Shown here: in pieces, positions 37,168-49,427 of the stretch
How positions within the stretch are numbered: position 1 is the stretch's first letter
How the letters are laid out: each line of letters starts with the position of its first letter
Origin: Azolla caroliniana
Lineage: Eukaryota > Plantae > Polypodiophyta
Length of the DNA stretch: 64,000 nt
Assembly: GCA_043228905.1 (NCBI GenBank)
Contig: JBHGNT010000005.1
Location: 18,290,001-18,354,000 of the forward strand
Direction: 5' to 3'
Program-made: the position numbers and the translations under genes
Notes under the pieces: generated by a model
The model's database searches: none
Told to the model about the DNA's origin: nothing
What the model saw: the letters and a program-made list of their open reading frames with translations, nothing else

Positions 37168-40100
37168 TGTTGGGAAATCGGTCTCTCCGGATGGGATCCA
37201 ATGATGAATAAAGAGAACCCGGTAAGAACTGGAAGAGATCCGGAAACCGGATCGGTGGACCCGGTGAGAACCGGAAGAGAAGACAGATTTGTAAATATGT
37301 CTTGAATAAGCCCATTGAGGCTATATTTGTAAATAGCACTAAGTTTACATAACTATAAATATGACTTAGGGCAATCACTTTACTGTGCGATTATGTTGTT
37401 GTCATATTGTTGTAACTGTTGTATAGAGAGAGAGAGAGAGAGATATAGAGCGATACTCTGTTGTAACCGTCATTGTGCGAAGAAAGAGAGCTCGAGATCG
37501 TTGCCTCCGAGTCTCTGATTGTACCCTTCTCTTCATAGTGATAGTTCGGAGTTTGTGGGCTCCCGTGGTTTTTCCATATTAGGGTTTTCCACGTAAACAT
37601 CCTGTGTCATTTTCTTGTGTACTCTCCACTTCCCATTTATGTGTTTGATTCTTATAGAAGTGATTTACTACTCGGTTATGGCCAAGCAATATTCCGTGCA
37701 TTTCTCTTCAAATTGGTATCAGAGCGAACAACACAGAAAATGGAAGAATCTTATGGCGGCACGTTCAAGCTCACCAGCTCCAACTACTCAATGGTGGTTA
37801 AAGATCTTTGGTTGCCGGTTCAGTTCGAGGACAAGAGACCGGATAAGATCGACGCCACGGTGTGGGAGGTGATGCACATGAAGAAGACGGAATACATCCA
37901 GTGCTTCATCGACATGAGCCTGTACAACAACTTCAATGAAGAGCACAAGGCCCATGAACTCTAGGAGAAGATCGGCATCATGTTCCAGAACAAGAATGTC
38001 GTTAATCGGGTTTCGGTATTTCAGAAGCTAGTGAGGCTCCGATACCAAGACGACTCTACTATGGCGGAGCACATGAATGCCTTCTAGGGGTTGATACACC
38101 AAGCAACCTCGTGGGAAGTACCTCTTGCCAATGAGGTACTTGCTCTACTCTTGCTCGGTTCCCTCCCAGATAGCTGGGAGACGTTAGTTGTCACGTTGGG
38201 CAACACCGGGCTGGAAAGAAAATAGCTATCCCTAGCAAGAGTGAAGTTGAGCTTGCTAGATGAGGAGGCCCGTCGGAAAGACAAGGAGGTGATCTCCGAT
38301 GCCAAAGCCCTCCTTACTGAATCGGAATGTGGAAGACAAAGGAATCAGAGTCCCCAGAACGAGGAAAAGTCGGGGACACGATCAAAGTCAAGGGGGAGGC
38401 CCACTTGCTTCTATTGTAGCAAGCTGGGGCACTTATAGAAGAACTGTCGGCATTTCCAGAAAGACAAGGGAACCGACAGTATTGATTTGGAGAAGTCACC
38501 GGACCGAAACGGTTCGGATCGGCGAGGCCCAGACTGGAAGGGAACAACGGTGATCGCGGCAAGTGAAGAAGAACTAATGCTCATCACCGAGGAGAGTGAG
38601 TTGAACCTTGCCATCGACGAGACAACGTGGGTTGTCGATTCCAGAGCGTTGTTCCATCTTACCCAGACCGGAAATGCTTCTCATCCTACCTAACCGATGA
38701 GCACGGCTGTGGCCAGATGGGGAATGAAGGGACATGCCGAATTATCGGCATAGGAGATGTGCTGCTGACGACATCAACCGGATGCAAGTTGCTGCTGAAG
38801 GATGTCTGACACGTTCTGGAGGTTCGACTGAACCTGATATCAGTCGGCCGGCTAGATGATGAAGGCTACACAGGTAGCATCTGGAACGGTTTCATGAAGT
38901 TCTGCAAAGGGAGCTTAATAGTGGTTCAAGCCCGGAAGGTCAACACACTGTACTTGATGAATGCCCGGATATGCCGGGAGGAAGTGAACGTAGCATCCGA
39001 CACTGCCGGTGAGCTGTGGCACAAAAGACCGTGTCACATGAGTGAGAAGGGGATGAAGAGGCTTGCCAAAGACAACCTCATTCCGGTCAAGGACGTGCAA
39101 CTTGAGAAGTGCACCGACTGCCTGGCCGGCAAGCAAAACCGCACCTCCTTCCGGTCAAGACCACCGATGAGACGGAATGCACCACTGGAGCTTGTGCATA
39201 CCAATGTGCGTCAAGTAGACACGAAGTCACATGCTGGATCGCAGTACTTCATGACGTTCATAGATGACCACAACCAGAAGCTGTGGGTCTCACCGTTGAA
39301 GACGAAGGATCAAGTGTTATTCGTCTCCAAGGAGCTCCACGCGAGAGTGGAAGGCAAAACCGGTCGGAAGCTGAAAGCGGTTCGAGTAGATAATGGAGGA
39401 GAATACCGGGGGCAGTTCGAGGAGTACTGTTGTTCAAAGGGAATCCGGCTCGAATTCCCCGTGCCGAAGACACCGGAACTAAACGGGTTAGCCGAAAGGA
39501 TGAACCGGACCATAATGGAGAGAGTCTGGAGCATGCTCGCACATGCCAAGCTACCCAAGACGTTTTGGCCTGAGGCGCTGACGACGGCGACCTATGTGAT
39601 AAACAAATCATCGTTAGTACCCTTGGATGGAGACTCACCACAGAAAGTATGGACCGGTAAGGATGTGTCTTACCGGCATCTGAAGGTGTTCGGGTGTCTC
39701 GCATACATGCATGTGGTGAAGGACAAGAGAGCAAAGCTGGATCCGAAGTCCCGACCATGAATATTCCTTGGATACGACAATGATGAACCGACTAAAGAAG
39801 CAGAAGAAGAAGAAGAAGAAGAAGACACCGGAACTGGACAAGATTCCGAATCGGATTTGGATTTGGAACAAACGGAGGAACCGGCAGTCAGAAACCAAGG
39901 ACGGAGATATCCTCTCCGGGAGAGAAGAGCCCCCCGAAGATTTCCAGATGCAGGGCATGTGTTGCTAACCGATGAGGGGGATCTGGAAAGCTTTGAAGAA
40001 GCAAGGCGAGACACCCACAACCGCAAGTGGTTGAGTGCCATGCAGGACGAGATGGATTCCCATGAGAACCACACATATGAATTGGTGGAGTTGCCAAAAG

Positions 40101-41790
40101 GAAAGAGGGCACTCCGGAACAAGTGGGTGTACAAGCTGAAACCGGGAGACGCTGGAAATCCACCAAGGTATAAGGCCTGAATCGTGGTGAAGGGCTTCCA
40201 GCAGAAGAAAGGAGTGGACTTTGATGAGATCTTTGCCCTGGTAGTAAAGATGGCATCCATCCGGACGGTATTGGGCATAGCGGTAAGCATGGCCCTCGAG
40301 GTAGAGCAATTGGACGTCAAGACGACATTCCTACACGGAGACCTCGATGAAGAGATCTACATGCATCAATCAGAAGGATTTGAGAAGAAAGGGAAGGAGC
40401 ACCTGGTGTGCTGGCTGAAGAAGAGCTTATACGGACTGAAGCAAGCTCCCCGGCAATGGTACCGGAAGTTTGACTCCTTCATGACCGATCAAGGGTACCA
40501 CAAGACACAGGCCAATCACTGCGTGTTTGTGAAGAAATTTGATGGAGGAGATTTCCTGATATTGCTCCTGTACGTGGATGACATGTTGATTGTCGGACGA
40601 GACCAAGTCAAGATACGGATGCTGAAGAAGGCCCTTAACCGGACCTTCTCAATGAATGACTTGGGTTTGGCAAGATAGATACTGGGGATGCACATCATTC
40701 GGGACCGGTGTCGAGGTATTCCTCGCGGATGCATGGAATGAGGCGGGGCCTCAGGGGTCTTGTACCGAAGAGCAAGAGACAAAGGAGAAGGGAAGGGACC
40801 CACTACGTGTGGGCGTAGATTCACAGGGGCACGGCCCTTCGACACAAAGACGCGAGTGGGACACCGACGCAGAGAGACACGAATGTATGTATATATATAA
40901 ATTAACAAGGACAATCAACAAGAAGCACAAAGTCAGTTACAACCAAACAGGCCAGCGAACAGATGCCGATGCCTGTTCGTAAACGCTCAGAAAGAAAGGA
41001 GTAGGTTGGAGGTGCTGCCGGAAGCACTTGGGCATTCCTCAGAGCAGTGCGAGCCTCCCGAAAACCTGCACAGAAAGAAGCTACGGAGTTTGGGAGAGAG
41101 AGAAGCCTTCGCCCGACAACCCGACAACACTTCGTCCTCTCTAACCGCGATCCGTCCCCCCCCCCTCGTCTCCCTCCTTTTATAGGCAAGGAAGGAGCCG
41201 TTTCCCATTAACTTCCTACCTACCGAATCTACCTACCTAGGATCTTCTATGTACCTAATTCTCTCTTATGTACAACATAAGGCGTACGTGCATGAAGAGC
41301 CGGTTCCTACGCTCTGGTGCACCGATTCCACTTATGGACGGTTTTCTTCATGACACCGGTCGAAGAAGCAATTGTGCATGTCATAGGAAAAGTATGTGAC
41401 AAAGGTGCTTCAACGGTTTAACATATTAGAAGCAAAACCGGTCGGATCGACTCTCTTGACAAACTGCAGATTATCCAGTGAGAAAATCCCGAAAATAAAG
41501 GCAGAGAAGGTGGATATGATGAAGATTCCATATGCCTCTACTGTCGGGAGCTTGATGTACGCAATGGTGTGTACTTGACCGGATATTGGATACGCAATCG
41601 AAGTGGTGAGTCGGTTCATGACCAACCCCAGAAAAGAGCACTAGAATGCGGTAAAATGGATAATCCGGTACTTGAAGGGCACTTCGAGTATGTGCCTCCG
41701 ATTCGGCTCCAATAAACCCCTCATGGAAGGCTTTACCGATTCGGATATGTCGGCTGATGTGGACACCAGCCGGTCAATTTCAAGATATGA
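37168..41790 (+). mobile_element. Decayed Tnt1/Tork-like copia E: 5' LTR 37168-37710, PBS 37714-37725, gag-pol, truncated at the start of RNase H
   Basis: TGGTATCAGAGC; CFYCSKLGH; INT 38894-39760; RT QLDVKTTFLHGDL..LYVDDMLI; no 3' LTR. Confidence 0.88.
40709..41355 (-). mobile_element. Solo LTR of gypsy family F in the copia E RT, 4-bp TSD CCGG
   Basis: Near-identical to the LTRs at 41861 and 47554; CCGG at 40705-40708 and 41356-41359. Confidence 0.93.
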
Positions 41791-41860
41791 CTGGACCGCA
41801 AGATCCGATCCGTTCATCTTCTGCTCTTCTGCCACCTCTTTCACGTCGGGTTCACCAAGA

Positions 41861-44800
41861 TGTCGAGGTATTCCTCGCGGATGCGTGGAATGAGGCGGGG
41901 CCTCGGGGGTCTTGTACCGAAGAGCAAGAGACAAAGGAGAAGGGAAGGGACCCACTACGTGTGGGCGTAGATTCACAGGGGCACGGCCCTTCGACACAAA
42001 GACGCGAGTGGGACACCGACGCAGAGAGACACGAATGTATGTATATATATAAATTGACAAGGACAATCAACAAGAAGCACGAAGTCGGTTACAACCGAAC
42101 AGGCCGGCGAACAGATGCCGATGCCTATTCGTAAACGCTTAGAAAGAAAGGAGTAGGTTGGAGGTGCTGCCGGAAGCACTCGGGCATTCCTCAGAGCAGC
42201 GCGAGCCTCCCGAAAACCTGCACAGAAAGAAGCTACGGAGTTTGGGAGAGAGAGAAGCCTTCGCCCGACAACCCGACAATACTTCGTCCTCTCTAACCGC
42301 GATCCGTCCCCCCCCCTCGTCTCCCTCCTTTTATAGGCAAGGAAGGAGCCGTTTCCCATTAACTTCCTACCTACCGAATCTACCTACCTAGGATCTTCTA
42401 TGTACCTAATTCTCTCTTATGTACAACATAAGGCGTACGTGCATGAAGAGCCGGTTCCTACGCTCTGGTGCACCGATTCCGCTTGTGGACGGTTTTCTTC
42501 ACGACATCCGCCCCCACCTAACCGTGCATACACCGGCATGCGCCAAATTGAATTGGGACGGAGAAAACCGGTCCAGCCTTCATTCCCCGCCCGTCAGTTC
42601 TTCCTCGGTTTCGGATCGTTCGTCGTCGCGGTCCAGGTTAACCGGATCCGGCTCGTCGTCGTGAGGCTTCTTGAACGCTTTGATCTGCTTCCCAGCTACC
42701 GGTATCGCCATTCTCGTGCCGTCGAGTTCCGCAAGATGGTACGTCCCGTTGTCATTGGCGCTTTGTACCACGTAAGGCCCGAACCACCTTCTCGCGAACT
42801 TCCGTGTCGCTCGGTGCTAGTTGTCGAGGCTGCTGTCGTAGACTAGCACCCAGTCACCTTCCTCGATCTTCTTTGGTCGGAGCTGGTGCGTCCGGTCGAA
42901 CCGGGCTTTGTTCCTCGTCCTTGCCACCCGAAGCTTTCCCGCAGCCTGCTCCACGTCCTCCGGTCTTCGCTCGAGCTGTCGCATGCGCGCCGCCAATAGT
43001 TCCTCCCGGCTCATCTTGTCTTTCGAGTCCACGGTTGCCCATGAGGAGATCGTACGTTCCATTGGCATGATCGGCTTCTGCCCAAACATGAGCTCTGCCG
43101 GCATGAATCCGGTTACCGAACTGTGCGTAGTTCGGTCAACCCACAACGCGTAAGGCAGCAGCCGCGGCCAGTTCCCGACTTGCCCTCCGCATGCCCGAAC
43201 TAACGCCTTGACGATCGGTCCGTGTCCGTGCTCCACCTTCCCATTCGCCTCCGGATTGTACGCAGTGGTAAGCGAGAGCTTGACTCCTAGCCGGTCGAAC
43301 AGCTCCTCGGCCTCTTCGGCGTCCAACTCCCCGCGATCAGTCACGATCTTCCCGACGCACCCGTACCGGCATATCACGTCCTCAATCAGGAACCGACATA
43401 CGGCCGCGGTCGTTTTGTTCTGAAGGGCTCGGCCTTCCACCTGGTTCGTAAGATCTTCCCGAGCCAGGACCAGATACCGCATCTGTCCTACTCCCATTGG
43501 CATCGTCACCAGATCTACCATCCATTTGAAGTGGATGGTCGGAGGGTACGTAGGGTGAAGCTCGTCCCGATGTCGGACTATGGAGTGCATCTGACAGCTC
43601 TCGCAAGTTGTCACGAACCGATGCACGTCCTGGTACAGTCCCGACCACCAGTACTTCCCCTTTATCTTCTCGAACGTGGCCCACGTCCCACGGTGTCCAG
43701 CCCAAGGGCTGTCGTGGTAGGCCGTCAGCAGCTCCTCCTGTTCTTCCTTCATCGCCACCACCCGGAGCGGGACGTCGTTCCTCTTCTTCGGGTGCTTCCA
43801 TAAGTATCCGTCCCGGAGAAAGAATCAGTATGCTTTCTTCCGGATCCGGTTGGCCTCGTCCCTCGTCCATGACGCATCCGGCGTCATTGTCCTCAAAAAC
43901 CCACCGATCTGTAGCCACTCGCCGTCGTACTTGCTCTCGTCGAAGCCGTTAAGTGCCGGAGTGCTCGCCCCATCGGTCGTCACGTACGTCGCCTCGAAGA
44001 AGTCCACGCCGCTGGGCGTACCCTCGCTGTCGCTCACTGAGGACCTTTGTGCCGAATCGGATCGGGAACCGAGTGTCGTCCTCGTCTTCTTGGTTGACGA
44101 CCCATCCGATCCCGGTCGGACTCGTATCCACCGTTATGTATACCGGGGTACCCTTCTCGTAGACAGCCTTCCGGAGCGCCGGTGCTGCCGCAAGAGCTTC
44201 CTTCAGCTTCCGGACCGACTCCGTGTGCTCGTCTCGCCACTCGAATTTTCGCCCCTTCTTCAACTTGCATTCACCATGTGGGCCACTGAGTTGGTCCCTC
44301 CTTGTGGCAGGGTACACATTCGTACTAGGCCGAGGGGAGTTCGCATCATCGTAATGTCTCTGCTCTCCACGGCTAGCTGGAACTGGTCGTACCCCGAGTA
44401 CAGATCACTGACCGAGTAAATTGACCTTCCGGCGAAGGCCTCCGCGAACTTGTCTATGGTCGGTACGATTCCTGCGTTCCAAATGGTCACTCTGTTGACC
44501 AGCTACAGGTCTTGAATGAAGCGCAATGTTCCGTTTTTCTTTGGTACGGTAAACCATCGGTTCGAGTATGGGGCACTCGACGGTTCGAGAATGCCCATAT
44601 CGACTTTCTGCCTCAATAGCTCCATCAACTTCGGGATGTGAGCTCTTGGTACTGGAATCGGCTTGAGATTCCACGGCACATGCGGTACCGTGAATATCAC
44701 CATCGGCTCCACGATTGTCGGGTCTACGCACCCGATCTCTTCCGGTGAGAATGCGAAGGCTTTCCCGTGTCTTCCGAGCATTCTCCGAAACTGGTCTTCC

Positions 44801-47800
44801 TCCGCCGGCAGTAGGAACCCGCCCCCACCGATTTTGAGCTCCCGGAGCGTCCCGTCGGTGAAGGTGTGTCCTATGCAGACCGGATCTCGTAAACTGGGGT
44901 CCGACGCAACCCCTCTGATTCGGGACTCGCTGCCCTCCGGTAAGGGTGCCGCGACTGGCCTTACCTTCCGGTCCACAGTCTTGTACTTCGTGCTAACTCG
45001 GGCTGTCCGATCCGACCCGAGCCCCTGACTGAAGTTCGCGATGACTTCGTACATCTCTTCGGAACATACCGGTATTGTTCGGTCTTCGTTAAGGTCTTCT
45101 CCGGCTACCTTCCTCAGCATCCCCAAGGTGTTGTCGAAGGAGACCGCCTCCACGGCTCCGCTGATTTCCTCGTCCGGGCCGAGAACTCCGCACACTCGAA
45201 GTCGCTCCTCCGCCCTTGCCTTTTCTTGGCCAACGATGCCGACTATCATACACCCTCCGTTGTTGGAGAAGCAAAATTTTCTACCTATCGTACAAGGTTT
45301 CTTCGGTTTCGGTTCTATCGTACATCTGTGGGGTCTTTCCCGAGTGTTCGGACTGTCTCGGCCCCATGCCTTGGCAACCCTCTCTAAAAATCCTCCCGAT
45401 TCTCGCCACTGAGGGATTCGCGGTTTTGCTCGTGGTTCGGTCGCACCGTCAGAAATTGAACCGAATGGTGCCTGTCCTGGCTTTTGACCCTCGCGTAGGC
45501 CGAACCGTTGTCTAGCACCTTGGTCTCCATCCGCGCCGCCATGATGTATGGTTCCCCTAATATGACCGGGTGCGAGGACGTCTCTTGTATGAAGAAGTGC
45601 TGGTCAACCTCGACGTCGCCGATCTTGACTCACACGTTCGGGCAGGCCCCGTGCAGTTCCTCGGTGGTGCGCGTCGCCGCCCGTATCTTCCACCCGTGCT
45701 TGGTGTTATTCGGCCACTTTCCCTTCTTATAGAAGTCCATGGACATCAGGTTTATTTCCGAACTGTGGTCCACCAATGCCACCACCGGTTCCTGAACATC
45801 TCCGATCTTTACCGGGGTCTCCGTGGTCGCTTGGGCCCAGTGTGGCCTCGAATAGTGGCTCTCCGCCCACTCATCTTCCAGCGCCAAGTCGTCGATGTGC
45901 GTCGTCCGCACCTCCACCGGTCTTTCCGGTTCCGTCTCCGTCGACAGCCTCTTCCGCTTCACCAAGTCCACAATGGAGTCGTGGAACTCCTTCTTAGCGA
46001 TCCCTAGCACCTCCCGCAATGACAACTCCACTTTGCTGTCGAGGATCTTTTCTTCTAGGACCTTTCGTAGGTCCGTGGTCCTTTCTATTTCCGTCCCCAG
46101 TCGGTATCCGCCCTTCCTAGGGTTATCTTGCGCGCTGGACCCATCGGCATCGTTCCGTCGTTGCCCGAATCGGGTCTCGTATCGTTGTGAGGGCCCGACC
46201 GCTCCGGCTTTCCCCACTCGTTTGTCTTCTACCAGAGCCTCGTAGTTCCGGCAGGCGGCTTCTACGAAGCCCGTCTTCTCCTCGACCGGGTCGCTCCACC
46301 CGGTTATTTCCCGGACCTGTCTCTCAGTGCGGTCCGCTTCATCTTTCCTCAGCCGTGCGCCGGCGAGGCCTTCCAGCATTGCCGACCAGAATCCGTCTTT
46401 GCTCTCCTTTCGGGCCTCGCTGCCCCCGACCCGAATACTGGCCGACGCCGAGTTGTGGATGGCCTCCACGTGTCGGGCCGCTGCCTCTTCCATCAGTCTC
46501 TTCATACCTCCTCGCGCGTCGTTCCGGTTTAGGGCCCTTTTGGTATTGCCGGCGTGCACCCGGCCTTCCCATAGGTACACCACCCGGTTCCTCAACGCCT
46601 CTGCGAAATCGCCGCAGTCCTTCTGAATGTGGCCGACCTCGTCGCACCACATGCACCTGTTCCCTGCTACCGGCCGTCGGTCATGAGCCGGTTCGCCGCC
46701 TTCCCTTCGAGTCTGGGCGATCTGGAGATCCTTTATCGCCCGCGTCAACTCCTCCAGCGCTGCTCCTCCGGACGAGTCATTGACCATGCCGGTCGGAGCC
46801 GACCCGGTTTCGAGCCACTCCCGGGTCTCTGCCCTCCGCCCTTGTGGTGCCGGTTCAAACCTCCTTGCTGTGACAGAGCCCGCACCGACCGCCCCGTTGT
46901 CAGCCCATTCTCGCCGTTTGTCGAAACGGCCACAGACTCTCTTAACCGTAGCCCAGTCGGTCGTCAGCCCGTCTTCGGTTTCTAGCAAGGAGCCGACTTG
47001 ATCCCGGTCCCGCTCGTCCACCGACTTGACGAACAGTAGGACCCGGCTCGTATCCAGAACGGTTCGGTCAAGCGCCGAAAGGCGCGCAAAGCGTTCCTCA
47101 AACTCCCAGAGGAGTGCCGACGCGTTTCTTCCCTTGCCGGGGGACTCCACCCATTCCATGAAGTCCCGTTTCGAAAGCCGGAGCGCGTCGTCTAGCACGT
47201 ATTTTTCTAGGAGTCAGCCTTCGAACTCCTCCCAGGTACGGCTCTCCGCCCGTACCTCGAGCACCTCCGCATGGATGCTCGGCATCGCCACTCGAGGGAA
47301 CCCGACAAGACGCCTCTCTTCCGGAATGTTCCGCATTAGCATTTCTGCCCCGTAGGACGCCAAATACTTCGTGGCATCCTTCCCGCTGAACCGGTCGATC
47401 GTACCGACGACCACCTCAATGGCTCTGTCAAGGGCGTCGGTGCCCTCGCGTGCGCTCAATACCCGATCCACAGCCGAAGCCATGGCCTCCGCAAGATCCG
47501 ACCCCTTCATCTTCTGCTCTTCTACCGCCTCTTTCACGTCGGGTTCACCAAGATGTCGAGGTATTCCTCGTGGATGCGTGGAATGAGGCAGGGCCTCGGG
47601 GGTCTTGTACCGAAGAGCAAGAGACAAAGGAGAAGGGAAGGGACCCACTACGTGTGGGCGTAGATTCACAGGGGCACGGCCCTTCGACACAAAGACGCGA
47701 GTGGGACACCGACGCAGAGAGACACGAATGTATGTATATATATAAATTAACAAGGACAATCAACAAGAAGCACGAAGTCGGTTACAACCGAATAGGTCGG

Positions 47801-48199
47801 CGAACAGATGCCGATGCCTGTTCGTAAACGCTCAGAAAGAAAGGAGTAGGTTGGAGGTGCTGCCGGAAGCACTCGGGCATTCCTCAGAGCAGCGCGAGCC
47901 TCCCGAAAACCTGCACAGAAAGAAGCTACGGAGTTTGGGAGAGAGAGAAGCCTTCGCCCGACAACCCGACAACACTTCGTCCTCTCTAACCGCGATCCGT
48001 CCCCCCCCCTCGTCTCCCTCCTTTTATAGGCAAGGAAGGAGCCGTTTCCCATTAACTTCCTACCTACCGAATCTACCTACCTAGGATCTTCTATGTACCT
48101 AATTCTCTCTTATGTACAACATAAGGCGTACGTGCATGAAGAGCCGGTTCCTACGCTCTGGTGCACCGATTCCGCTTGTGGACGGTTTTCTTCACGACA
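41861..48199 (-). mobile_element. Ty3/gypsy element F1 (fungal-like lineage): 5' LTR 48199-47554, tRNA-Trp PBS, gag-PR-RT-RH-INT with internal deletions, PPT, 3' LTR 42506-41861
   Basis: PBS TGGTGAACCCGACG; gag ATG at 47510 (IDRFSGKDATKY; CMWCDEVGHIQKDC); PR ALVDHSSEINLM; KYKTVDRKVRPV; RT DLYSGYDQF; INT H..GH..C..C and YNPEANGKVE; PPT AGGTGGGGGCGGA; no matching TSD. Confidence 0.92.
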
Positions 48200-48708
48200 A
48201 CGCCACCAAAGTCAAGGAGGAAATTGACAAGTTGCTGAGGGTTGGCTTTATCCGCCCAGTAAAGAAATCTACATGGCTGAGCCCGATAGTAGTCGTACCA
48301 AAGAAAAACGGCAAAATTAGAGTTTGTGTCGACTACCGTAAGTTTAATGCGGCGACGATAACAGATGCATTCCCACTCCCATTTACGGATGGAGTTTTGG
48401 ATGCAGTCGCCGGCCATGAGGTATACAGTTTCTTAGACGAATTCAGCGGATACAACCACATCCGGACGCACCCCGATGACTAGGAGAAAATGGCTTTCGT
48501 CACCGAATGGGGAGTGTTTGTTGCCGTAGTAATGATGTTCGGATGAAAAACGGCACCGGCAACGTTCTAGAGGATCATCATGGAAATATTCAGAGAATTC
48601 ATACCAGCATTCATGCAGGTGTTTCTAGATGACTTCGCCGTCTATAGCCGGGAAGGAGATCACTTTCAGCACCTCCGATTGTGTCTAGAGAAATGTCGGG
48701 CTTACCGG

Positions 48709-49427
48709 TGTCGTGAAGATTTTCGTCCACAAGCGGAAACCCAAGCAACGAGAGCCAAAGAGCGATGTGCAACGTTGCACATGTACATAATGTATTTGTA
48801 ATAATAATAAGGGTAAAGGGTATGGTGCTAGAAATGCCCCATAAGATCCCTAAGGTATAAAGGTGATGTGGTCTTGTGTGCACATCCACGCGCGAGAGAG
48901 AGAGAGGTACTATGCGGTACATAGGTACCTAGTTGTTTGTGAGGAGGTGGGAGTTAAGGGGGCCATCAATCTCACCCTCCCCCTAAATCAAGGCAAATAT
49001 CCCCTTTGAATGAAAGGGGATATTTTAGTCTCGCGTTTGTAAACAGTTTTCCCTCCTTGTGCTATAAAAGGAGAGGGAAGGCACCATTGTGGGGGTTGCC
49101 TATTTTGAGTGTGCGAGGTATACCACATAGGTCAAGCGTTAGGGTTAGGGTTAGGGTTTCTTTGTCTTTTCTTCATCTTCGTCGGTTAGGGTTTCGAGTA
49201 GTTTTGGTGCGGCCTACACGGCCACCGTTTCGTAATCGTTCATTTCGTTTTAATACATCTGGTTGTTCATCTTGTCTCCATCTTCCTCTTGTTCGATCTA
49301 GTCTCTTGTTCTTGTTCTTCTTCTTGAGCAAAGCTTCCATTCCGTGTCCGATTCCTTCTCCTCTACTCCTTAGTCCAAGACCCCCGTGGTCCCGCCCTTT
49401 TCCACGTACGCGCGTAGCAACGCGACA
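48709..49427 (+). mobile_element. Solo LTR (TGTCGTG..CGCGACA) in the B2 RT, 4-bp TSD CCGG
   Basis: Splits CRAYR|LSLILAKC; CCGG at 48705-48708 and 49428-49431; TATAAAA at ~49063. Confidence 0.88.

Noticed and set aside
40516-48084. Repeated small ORFs (MSLLIYIY.., MGNGSFLAY.., MEVLPEAL..)
   Set aside because: Incidental frames within three copies of the same LTR
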